64,000 nt of DNA from contig CAAGHJ010000016.1 of the NCBI GenBank assembly GCA_900769635.1, positions 7,488-71,487 on the forward strand, given 5' to 3'. The position numbers and the translations under genes are program-made. Of the stretch, positions 50,728 to 60,448 are shown piece by piece (position 1 is the stretch's first letter; every line of letters begins with the position of its first letter). The notes below the pieces were generated by a model. It was not told where the DNA came from and ran no database searches. It saw only the letters and a program-made list of their open reading frames with translations. Source of the stretch: Bacilli bacterium. GTDB taxonomy: Bacteria; Bacillota_I; Bacilli_A; RF39; UBA660.

Positions 50728-51054
50728 ATGTTAAAAATGAATTACGAATTTCGTAAAGGAATACTATTTGTTAGACTACTAGGAAATTTCGATAAAGATC
50801 ACTATCAAAGAAATATCAAAAAACTAAACGAACTAATCAAGGAAATAGGAATTACCAACATTGTTCTTAATATTGATGAAATAAAATCCATAGATATAAG
50901 TGGAATTAACTACATTCTAAATTACTACAAATACATCGTAAGCAAAAGCGGAAGTTTCATACTCTGCGAAAAAGACAATACCATAACAAAGAAAATATTC
51001 AAAGAAAAAATACCATGGATAGATAATGAACTAAAAGCCTTTGCACTCATATAA
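50728..51054 (+). CDS. spoIIAA: Anti-sigma-factor antagonist (STAS), SpoIIAA-like
   Basis: ILFVRLLGNFD... ITNIVLNIDEIKSIDISGINYIL...SFILCE...TKKIF aligns by eye along the whole length with B. subtilis SpoIIAA, including the phospho-serine position (MDSSG vs IDISG). Confidence 0.8.
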   Translation: MLKMNYEFRKGILFVRLLGNFDKDHYQRNIKKLNELIKEIGITNIVLNIDEIKSIDISGINYILNYYKYIVSKSGSFILCEKDNTITKKIFKEKIPWIDNELKAFALI

Positions 51055-51075
51055 AAAATAAAAAAGGGGGAAAAT

Positions 51076-51747
51076 ATGAACGAAGAACTCAAAGAATTTA
51101 TCATTGAAAACGAAAAAGCAATATATTCAGTAATAAATCGATATAGAAGATACTATGAAATAGAGGACCTATATCAAACAGCTGTAATCGGAATAATCAA
51201 AGCCTGGGAAAATTATGATGCCTCTCGTAAAGCCAAATTCCTAACTTATGCCTATAAATATATGCTCGGAGAAGTCATAAGTTACGTAAATAAAAATAGA
51301 TCATTAAAAATAAGTAAAGACATTCTTAGCCTATATCCTAAACTCGAAGAAGCCAAAACAATTCTTACGCAAAAATTAATGAAAGAACCAACAACCTATG
51401 AATTGTCTCTCTTTCTAGAAATAGATGAGAACATAATCATAAGAACGATAGAAGCCGTAAAAGAAAGTGAAAGCCTTGACAAGGTCATAAGTGACGATGG
51501 CAAAACCTTAACCCTATTAGATACAGTGAAAGATATCCAAACAGAGGAAAAAGCCGAACTATTATATCTAAAAGAAGCAGTTGAAAGCCTGCCGGAGCCA
51601 GAACGAAGTATTATAATTGAAAGATATTACAACGACAAAACTCAAAAAGAAATTGCCAAAAAAATGGGTATGTACCAAGTTCAAGTGTCAAGAAGTAGTA
51701 CAAAAGGTCTAAAAAAATTAAAAAAAATTCTTCAAGAAACCCCATAA
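51076..51747 (+). CDS. Group-3 sporulation-type sigma factor (SigF/SigG-like)
   Basis: Region 2 DLYQTAVIGIIKAWENYD...FLTYAYKYMLGEV. Region 4 ERSIIIERYYNDKTQKEIAKKMGMYQVQVSR, compared with B. subtilis SigF YLRYYKDQTQSEVAERLGISQVQVSR. 223 aa. Confidence 0.8.
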   Translation: MNEELKEFIIENEKAIYSVINRYRRYYEIEDLYQTAVIGIIKAWENYDASRKAKFLTYAYKYMLGEVISYVNKNRSLKISKDILSLYPKLEEAKTILTQKLMKEPTTYELSLFLEIDENIIIRTIEAVKESESLDKVISDDGKTLTLLDTVKDIQTEEKAELLYLKEAVESLPEPERSIIIERYYNDKTQKEIAKKMGMYQVQVSRSSTKGLKKLKKILQETP

Positions 51748-51831
51748 AATAAAGGACTTTTTAAAAGTGTAACCAAATGGGTTACATAAAAAATGAAAAA
51801 TTTGTGAGAGAATAAAGTTAAGGTGATGAAA

Positions 51832-52086
51832 ATGAGTGCAAAGAAAAGAAGAGGAGATGTTTACGATATAGTTTCGTACAATATTAAGAAATATCGAAAA
51901 TCAATAGGTATAACACAAGCCCAATTAGCAGAACGCTGCCAGCTTTCACACGAATATATTAGAAGAATAGAAGCACCTAATATAAAAAAACATCATTTTT
52001 CCTTAGAAACTGTCAGTATTATTGCTGATGCCTTAAATATAGAAGTCGTGCAACTCTTTGATAAGATAGAGGAAGACGAAGTGTAA
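51832..52086 (+). CDS. XRE-family HTH protein
   Basis: NIKKYRKSIGITQAQLAERCQLSHEYIRRIE is a Cro/C1-type HTH. RBS GGTGATG. Confidence 0.8.
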   Translation: MSAKKRRGDVYDIVSYNIKKYRKSIGITQAQLAERCQLSHEYIRRIEAPNIKKHHFSLETVSIIADALNIEVVQLFDKIEEDEV

Positions 52087-52327
52087 GAAAAGAATGAATG
52101 AACAAAATAATGAGAAAAAAACTTTTCATTTCTTTTTTTACAGAAAATAATTAAAAGAGCAAAACACAGTTATAATAGTCCATTTCAAAATAAAAAATAT
52201 ATAAAGTACGGTAGCACATATCGGAATTCAAGTCTGTGGATGAAATAAACAATTTCTAAGAAGCAGAAACAGCAACCTCGTGAGGGGAAGCATTTTCAAC
52301 TAAAAAAATTACGCATTTTAAGAAAAA

Positions 52328-52354
52328 ATAGCAATTATCTATTGACATTGCTAA
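52328..52354 (+). promoter_or_regulatory. CIRCE-like operator O1 (overlaps the -35)
   Basis: ATAGCAATT-N9-CATTGCTAA. A 9-N9-9 inverted repeat with the perfect 7-bp core TAGCAAT/ATTGCTA. Confidence 0.5.
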
Positions 52355-52370
52355 ATTAAAGTGCTAAAAT
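52342..52370 (+). promoter_or_regulatory. Sigma-A promoter of the hrcA-grpE-dnaK-dnaJ operon
   Basis: TTGACA, 17 nt spacer, TAAAAT. Confidence 0.7.
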
Positions 52371-52374
52371 GTTT

Positions 52375-52401
52375 TTAGCAATTGAAAAAAAAGATTGCCA
52401 A
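52375..52401 (+). promoter_or_regulatory. CIRCE-like operator O2 (immediately downstream of the -10)
   Basis: TTAGCAATT-N9-GATTGCCAA compared with canonical CIRCE TTAGCACTC-N9-GAGTGCTAA. Same architecture, two mismatches per arm. Confidence 0.6.
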
Positions 52402-52413
52402 AGGAGTGATAGA

Positions 52414-53430
52414 TTGTTAACCAGGAGACAGCGAGACATCCTAAAATGGGTAGTCGAGAGCTATATTTCTTATGCAAAACCAGTAAGTTCAAACAATATC
52501 TGTGATGCCTTAAAATGCTCTAGTGCCACAGTAAGAAATGATATGGTTCACCTCGAAGAACAAGGTTTACTAGAAAAAGCCCATTACGCATCAGGACGTA
52601 TACCAAGTGAAGAAGGATATAGATACTACGTATCTCATCTTATGAAACCAAAAGATATGTCAAGTAAAGATATGTATAAATTACAAACAATTTTTCACAA
52701 CCAAACCTTAGATTTAAGTAATACAATAAAAAAAAGTATTGAAATCATATCAGAAATAACAAATTATACGACAATAGTATTAGGTAAAGCATCGGAAATA
52801 AATAAATTGAAACAAATAGAAGTAGTCCCAATTGAGGCTGGTAAAATATTAACCTTGGTAATAACAGATAAAGGCCACATCGAACACAAAAACATAACTT
52901 TACCACTCGATATAGAACCAGATGATATAGTAAAGACAGTAAATTTAATAAACAAACTTCTTATTGGAACACCCATAAATGAAATAAGTGAAAAACTTGA
53001 ATATGATGTAAAACCAGTTATAGGAAGATATGTAAAACAACACGAAATACTATATAACACTTTTTACAATGCCTTTAATGAATTTACAACCAATACCAAA
53101 CCCGATGTATACTTCGAAGGAAGAAATAACTTTTTAAAACAACCAGAATTTACAAACATCGACAAAGTAAGGAAAATATTAGAAAAATTTGAAGATATAA
53201 ATGATATTACCAAAATAACCAATGAAGAAAACGGTATAAATATTTATATTGGTAAAGAAAGTGAAATAACGGATGACGTATCCGTAGTAAAAACAAATTA
53301 TAATATTGACGGAGAACTGGTAACTATTGCAATAGTAGGACCCAAAAGAATGGAATATGATAGAGTCGTAAGCATATTAAATTATATGAGGGACAATATA
53401 ACAGATAAAGGTGGTAATAATAATGAATAA
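52414..53430 (+). CDS. hrcA: Heat-inducible transcription repressor HrcA
   Basis: TTG start 7 nt after AAAGGAG gives MLTRRQRDILKWVVESYI, the canonical HrcA N-terminus. The track's upstream extension overlaps the promoter and CIRCE. Operon position is as expected. Confidence 0.9.
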   Translation: MLTRRQRDILKWVVESYISYAKPVSSNNICDALKCSSATVRNDMVHLEEQGLLEKAHYASGRIPSEEGYRYYVSHLMKPKDMSSKDMYKLQTIFHNQTLDLSNTIKKSIEIISEITNYTTIVLGKASEINKLKQIEVVPIEAGKILTLVITDKGHIEHKNITLPLDIEPDDIVKTVNLINKLLIGTPINEISEKLEYDVKPVIGRYVKQHEILYNTFYNAFNEFTTNTKPDVYFEGRNNFLKQPEFTNIDKVRKILEKFEDINDITKITNEENGINIYIGKESEITDDVSVVKTNYNIDGELVTIAIVGPKRMEYDRVVSILNYMRDNITDKGGNNNE

Positions 53431-54037
53431 GAAAACTAAAGAAAAAAATAAAAAAAATCATAATGAAGAAGAATGCAATTGCAACTGTAATTGCAACTGT
53501 GATGAAAACTGCAATTGTGATGAAAACTGCAACTGTGATGAAAACTGTAATAACGAAGAATGCCTTAATGAATGCGGTTGTTGTCAAAGTGACACTAGCA
53601 AGGATGAAAAAATCAAAGCCTTAGAAGAAGAAGTGTTAAAAGCCAAAGCAGAAGTTATAAACTATAAACGAAGAAAAGATGAAGAAACAGCTCGTTTAAT
53701 TAAATATGCTGAAGAACCAATAGCTAGTGAGTTTTTAGATATACTAGACAATTTTGAAAGAGCCATAAATATGGATGATGATAACTTGGATGATGAAGTA
53801 AGCAAGTTCCTAGAAGGTATCAAAATGATTTACGGACACACAAAAAATCTTCTAGCAAAGCACGAAATAGTAGAAATGAATTGCTTAGGTGAAAAATTTG
53901 ATCCAACATATCATCAAGCTGTACTAGTTGGAAATGTCGAAGATAAAGAACAAGGAATAATTTTAGAAGTCCTTCAAAAAGGATATATGTATAAAGACAA
54001 AGTCCTAAGACCAGCAATGGTTAAGGTAAACGAATAG
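53423..54037 (+). CDS. grpE: Nucleotide exchange factor GrpE with Cys-rich N-terminal extension
   Basis: The C-terminal two-thirds is typical GrpE (EE..LKAKAE..NYKRR...E; FLDILDNFERA; FDP..HQAV; V.QKGY...KVLRPAMVKV). RBS AAAGGTGG is 8 nt before the ATG at 53423. Confidence 0.9.
   Translation: MNKKTKEKNKKNHNEEECNCNCNCNCDENCNCDENCNCDENCNNEECLNECGCCQSDTSKDEKIKALEEEVLKAKAEVINYKRRKDEETARLIKYAEEPIASEFLDILDNFERAINMDDDNLDDEVSKFLEGIKMIYGHTKNLLAKHEIVEMNCLGEKFDPTYHQAVLVGNVEDKEQGIILEVLQKGYMYKDKVLRPAMVKVNE
53492..53545 (+). repeat. 3 x 18-bp in-frame tandem repeat (TGY AAY TGT GAT GAA AAC = CNCDEN)
   Basis: Direct reading of the DNA. It is embedded in a longer Cys-Asn-rich stretch at 53474-53584. Confidence 0.9.
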
Positions 54038-54048
54038 GAAGTGTTTAA

Positions 54049-56248
<2,200 letters not shown>

Positions 56249-56254
56249 AAAGAT

Positions 56255-56278
56255 TAAGTTCTAGTTCGCTAGAACTTA
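56255..56278 (+). terminator. Stable hairpin between dnaK and dnaJ (attenuator or processing site; weak T-run)
   Basis: TAAGTTCTAG-ttcg-CTAGAACTTA, a perfect 10-bp stem with a UUCG tetraloop. Confidence 0.55.
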
Positions 56279-56309
56279 TTCAGTTAATTAGTAGAAAAGA
56301 GGAAGCAAA

Positions 56310-57437
56310 ATGAATAAAAGAGATTACTATGAAGTACTTGGTGTTCCTAAAACAGCAACAGAAGCTGAAATAAAATCAGCCTTCCGAAAATTAGCCAAGA
56401 AATATCATCCCGATATATCAACAGAAGAAAACGCTGCCGAAAAATTTAAAGAAGCCCAAGAAGCTTATGCCGTTTTATCCGATAAAGATAAAAGAGCCAA
56501 ATATGACCAATTTGGACACAATGCTTTTAACAATCAAAATGGAGGATTTTCTGGATTTGAAGGGTTTGATTTTGGAAATATGTCAGATATTTTCGAAGAT
56601 ATTCTTGGTGGCTTTGGTGGCGGTTCTTTTGGAGGCTTCGGAGGAGCACGAACTAGAGGTGGAAGTAGAACCAGTGCTACTAAAGGAAGAGATTTACTCC
56701 ACAGTATGACAATAACATTCGATGAAGCAGTTCACGGTTGCAAAAAAAGTATAGAATTAGAAACAGAGGAAGCTTGTCCTGATTGTGACGGAAAAGGAGG
56801 TTTTAATTCCAAAACCTGTTCTGAATGTCGAGGAAGCGGTACTATAACTAGCGAGCAAAGAACAATATTCGGAAGTTTTCTAAGTAAAACAACCTGTCCG
56901 CACTGTAAAGGAACAGGAAAAACTTATGAAAGAAAATGTAGTAGTTGTAAAGGAACAGGAAGAAAAACCGTAGATAAAGAAATAACCATAACCGTTCCTA
57001 GTGGCATTGATACCGGAAACAGACTTAGATTAGCCGGCAAAGGAGAAGCTGGAATAAATGGTGGCCCAGCTGGTGATCTATATATAGAATTTACTGTAAA
57101 AGATCACGAACTATTCCAAAGAGTTGAAGACGATATATACCTAGAATTACCACTTACCATAACAGAAGCAACATTAGGTTGTAAAAAAGAAATACCAACC
57201 ATATATGGTAAGGTCGACTTATCAATTCCTGCTGGCACACAAAATGGTCATAAATTAAGACTAAGAGGAAAAGGGGTAGAAAACGTATCTAGCAAAAGAA
57301 AAGGTGATATGTTTGTAGTAGTTAACGTCAAAATTCCAGAAAAATTAACAAGAAAACAAAAACAATTATTCGAGGAATTAGATGAAGAGTTAAAAGACAA
57401 TTCTCTTCTATCCAAATTCAAAAAGTTTCTAAAATAA
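56310..57437 (+). CDS. dnaJ: Molecular chaperone DnaJ
   Basis: J domain with HPD (YHPDIS), G/F-rich linker, four CxxCxGxG zinc-finger repeats. Confidence 0.97.
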   Translation: MNKRDYYEVLGVPKTATEAEIKSAFRKLAKKYHPDISTEENAAEKFKEAQEAYAVLSDKDKRAKYDQFGHNAFNNQNGGFSGFEGFDFGNMSDIFEDILGGFGGGSFGGFGGARTRGGSRTSATKGRDLLHSMTITFDEAVHGCKKSIELETEEACPDCDGKGGFNSKTCSECRGSGTITSEQRTIFGSFLSKTTCPHCKGTGKTYERKCSSCKGTGRKTVDKEITITVPSGIDTGNRLRLAGKGEAGINGGPAGDLYIEFTVKDHELFQRVEDDIYLELPLTITEATLGCKKEIPTIYGKVDLSIPAGTQNGHKLRLRGKGVENVSSKRKGDMFVVVNVKIPEKLTRKQKQLFEELDEELKDNSLLSKFKKFLK

Positions 57438-57440
57438 ATT

Positions 57441-57463
57441 AGGTCAGAATGTCTGACCTTTTA
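57441..57463 (+). terminator. Rho-independent terminator of the dnaK operon
   Basis: AGGTCAGA-atg-TCTGACCT followed by TTTT. Confidence 0.75.
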
Positions 57464-57473
57464 TTATAGAGAA

Positions 57474-58373
57474 ATGCAAGAAAATTTAAAATGCACACTA
57501 TGTCCTCGAAATTGTCAAGCAAATAGAACTACTATCTTAGGATATTGCAAAAGTACTACAACCATCCAAATAGGAAATTATTCTCTTCATAAGTGGGAAG
57601 AACCTCCAATTTCTGGCAACAACGGATCAGGAACAATATTTTTTTCCCATTGTTCTCTAAATTGTATATATTGTCAAAACTACGAATTAACAAAAAACCA
57701 TAAAGGTTATACCGTAAGTATTACAGAATTAGCCCAAATAATGCTGACACTCCAAAAAAAAGGAGCCCATAATATAAATCTAGTAACTCCAACTCATTAC
57801 GTTCCAGATATAATTAATGCCCTTACCATCGCCAAGAACAAAGGCCTTACCATCCCCATTATATATAATACATCAGCTTATGAAACCATTGGTACATTAA
57901 AACTCTTAAATAACAAAGTTGATATATATTTACCAGATCTAAAATACTACTCTTCTAATATATCCAAAAAATACTCAAATGCACCTAATTATTTTAAAAT
58001 TGCCACCAAAGCCATAGAAGAAATGTATAACCAGGTAGGCAGTCCCCAATTTAATACCGAAGGAATAATCACCAAAGGCCTCATAGTTAGACATCTCATT
58101 TTACCAGGTCACATTGAAGATAGCAAAAAAATCCTAAAATACCTATATGACACTTACAAAAATAACATATACATTAGTATAATGAACCAATATACGCCCG
58201 TCCGAACCACGCCTTATCCAAATCTATGCCGCCCTCTCACCAAAAAAGAATACAACGAAGTAATTGATTACGCCTACAATTTAGGAATAAGAAATGCTTT
58301 TGTTCAAGATGGAGAAACCAGCAAAGAAAGTTTTATCCCTATCTTTACAGATTCTAAGCAAAATAAATTTTAG
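57474..58373 (+). CDS. Radical SAM protein (pyruvate formate-lyase activase-like family)
   Basis: CSLNCIYCQN equals the CxxxCxxC cluster motif. An N-terminal CTLCPRNC extra Cys motif is present. 299 aa. Confidence 0.85.
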   Translation: MQENLKCTLCPRNCQANRTTILGYCKSTTTIQIGNYSLHKWEEPPISGNNGSGTIFFSHCSLNCIYCQNYELTKNHKGYTVSITELAQIMLTLQKKGAHNINLVTPTHYVPDIINALTIAKNKGLTIPIIYNTSAYETIGTLKLLNNKVDIYLPDLKYYSSNISKKYSNAPNYFKIATKAIEEMYNQVGSPQFNTEGIITKGLIVRHLILPGHIEDSKKILKYLYDTYKNNIYISIMNQYTPVRTTPYPNLCRPLTKKEYNEVIDYAYNLGIRNAFVQDGETSKESFIPIFTDSKQNKF

Positions 58374-58423
58374 CCCTACGGAAGCAAATATTATTAGAGT
58401 AGGGGAGAGAATAATCCAAAATA

Positions 58424-58452
58424 AAACTAGAACACCCAGTGTTCTAGTTTTT
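58424..58452. terminator. Bidirectional terminator
   Basis: Perfect 12-bp stem AAACTAGAACAC-cca-GTGTTCTAGTTT, flanked by A and T runs, between convergent genes. Confidence 0.75.
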
Positions 58453-58464
58453 AAATACACTTAA

Positions 58465-58722
58465 TTAATTGTTACTCCAAGTATTATTAATAGAATTACT
58501 AATACCATTCCAACCAATAATCATTATAATCCCAATAATAAGTAAAATCACAGAATACAAAATAGCAATAGAAGAAATAGCAATAACAGCAGTAGCATAC
58601 TTATCTCCATTCTTTTTACCCCTAATTCCCAAAATAAGCATAACAATTCCAAGAATAAGTCCCAATACAGGAGTAAAACTAGAAATAACTAATGCAACTA
58701 TCGATAAAATAAGCATAATCAT
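58465..58722 (-). CDS. Small two-TM membrane protein
   Basis: RBS GGAGGTGAT is 9 nt before the ATG at 58722. Two hydrophobic helices are separated by GIRGKKNGDK. Confidence 0.65.
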   Translation of the reverse strand: MIMLILSIVALVISSFTPVLGLILGIVMLILGIRGKKNGDKYATAVIAISSIAILYSVILLIIGIIMIIGWNGISNSINNTWSNN

Positions 58723-58780
58723 TATCAATCACCTCCTCATAAATTTATCTATATTATAACATAAAACTAACTAAAATGCA

Positions 58781-58817
58781 AAAACTAGAACCAGTTATTC
58801 ATACAAGTTCTAGTTTT
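58781..58817 (-). terminator. Terminator-like hairpin downstream of the YhgE-like gene
   Basis: AAAACTAGAAC-15 nt-GTTCTAGTTTT, with A/T runs on both sides. Confidence 0.55.
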
Positions 58818-58848
58818 ATTATATCAATATTTTAGCTCAAACTCTAAA

Positions 58849-60447
58849 CTACTTACTATTACTAGCCTTAACAAGACCAATAAACAAACTACTATCACAG
58901 TTATCAGCACTATATCCCTTATAACCATTACTAAGTTCCACCAATGCCTCTAACTTCTCCCCATATTCCTTAACAGTCATAGAATAATTATATAAAGTAT
59001 CAATACCACTTTCACTATATTGATGAGTACCTACATTAAGCCTATCCGTACCACTAGTAAGTTCACTCATCTTGCTATCAAATAAACTAGTACCACTATA
59101 AAGCTCACTAATACCATCTCTAAGCCTACTAACCCCCTCTCTAAGCTTACCTGTACCATCACTCATATAACTAAGTTTAGAATTAAGCATCACCATAATA
59201 CCATTAATTTTCTCATTAATCTCATTAAATTTAGCAAGACTACCATTCAAAGCCCCAATATTCCCATTAAGAAGATTAATCATATTAACATTCCCCTCAT
59301 AAGTCTTCTTAACAGTCACAAGACTACTATCCGTAATTTCACTATAGTCCAAATTAGCAAGACCACGTCCCTCATAAATAGGAGCAAGCTCGCTATTAGT
59401 ACTCTCCAAAGCCCTAATAGCATCCTCATCTAACCCAATAAGACTAATCATACTCTGAATACTCTCACTATCACTACTACTATTAAGCATTTCCTTAATC
59501 CCATCAAGTTCCTGTAAACTACCCTTAACTCCATCATCAAGACTAATCGTACCATCCAAAATCTCATTCATATAATTAAGAACAACCCCAACCTTCTCAT
59601 TAATCGTACCACTAGCACTCTTCAAACCCTTCGCTCCCGCATAAAGATCCTCAGTACTCTTAACAATCAAATCCATATTACTCTTCAAACTATTACTACT
59701 ACTAACCAAAGTATCCAACTTATCAAATACCCTCAAATCATCATCTTCTAAAAGTTTAGCCTTGGAAACAATATAAATATCACTAAATTCAAACCCCTCC
59801 GTATCAAACTCAAACTTCACCACATCCAAATCCTTAAACTCCTCAATACCGCTGCTCTCGTAAAGCCCGGCACTACCAAGCCCCATCGCAATCGTCCTAT
59901 TACCAGTATTAATACACTTACCATTACTAACACTAACGTTCGAATTATCACTGTCTAAAACCATCATCACACTACTAACAAAAGGCACATAAGCATTCAA
60001 ATTTTGCCCCCCAACATTAATCGTTGTCCTCTCATTATTATTAAGTTTGACAGTTATCACTACGTGCCCACTTTTACCAGTCATATCCTTAACGTCCATT
60101 TTCTCTCCATCAAGAAAGTACTCAATCTCGCTTGTAATTGGTGTAACCCTATCAGAACTACCTCTGTAAAAAATATCCCTACCATTACCACTTATAGCAA
60201 CTTTCGATAGACCATTCTCACCATTAGTAATACTAAACTTCTCTTTACCATTAAGATTAACGATATCCCTAAGATAAGAATAATCAACAATCTCATCTTT
60301 ACTACCATTAACAATGTGACTAGTAGTACTAACACTCTTAACATTACCATAATAATCCATATTAGAATACACAATCTCTTCCTTAGAATTCGCACTCACA
60401 TTAAGCGGAATCAAAGCCAATAAACCAATTAAAAAACTCTTTTTCAT
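58849..60447 (-). CDS. Secreted YhgE/Pip-like protein with LxxG heptad repeats
   Basis: Signal peptide MKKSFLIGLLALIPLNVSA. The C-terminal half carries repeated L..G...L..G segments (GTGKLREGVSRLRDGISELYSGTSLFDSKMSELTSGTDRLNVG). Coupled to the upstream MMPL gene, with a 1-nt gap. Confidence 0.6.
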   Translation of the reverse strand: MKKSFLIGLLALIPLNVSANSKEEIVYSNMDYYGNVKSVSTTSHIVNGSKDEIVDYSYLRDIVNLNGKEKFSITNGENGLSKVAISGNGRDIFYRGSSDRVTPITSEIEYFLDGEKMDVKDMTGKSGHVVITVKLNNNERTTINVGGQNLNAYVPFVSSVMMVLDSDNSNVSVSNGKCINTGNRTIAMGLGSAGLYESSGIEEFKDLDVVKFEFDTEGFEFSDIYIVSKAKLLEDDDLRVFDKLDTLVSSSNSLKSNMDLIVKSTEDLYAGAKGLKSASGTINEKVGVVLNYMNEILDGTISLDDGVKGSLQELDGIKEMLNSSSDSESIQSMISLIGLDEDAIRALESTNSELAPIYEGRGLANLDYSEITDSSLVTVKKTYEGNVNMINLLNGNIGALNGSLAKFNEINEKINGIMVMLNSKLSYMSDGTGKLREGVSRLRDGISELYSGTSLFDSKMSELTSGTDRLNVGTHQYSESGIDTLYNYSMTVKEYGEKLEALVELSNGYKGYSADNCDSSLFIGLVKASNSK

Positions 60448-60448
60448 T

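Noticed and set aside
52205-52250. tRNA-like fragment (GGAATTCAAGTCTGTGG resembles a T-arm)
   Set aside because: The flanking bases do not form a T-stem, and there is no acceptor stem or anticodon arm. At best it is a decayed remnant.
52262-52300. SRP-RNA domain IV-like hairpin (GNRA loop flanked by GAAGCA)
   Set aside because: The 5' strand lacks the conserved motif opposite AGCA. The closing helices expected for 4.5S/scRNA are absent, and the region is far too AT-rich and short.
52369-52413. ORF-track N-terminal extension of hrcA (MFLAIEKKDCQRSDR)
   Set aside because: It overlaps the -10 hexamer and CIRCE O2. The TTG at 52414, behind AAAGGAG, yields the canonical HrcA N-terminus MLTRRQ.
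53474-53584. Tandem 18-bp repeats considered as a possible CRISPR-like or minisatellite element
   Set aside because: The repeats are contiguous with no spacers, lie in frame within grpE and encode CNCDEN units. They form a coding repeat, not a CRISPR array.
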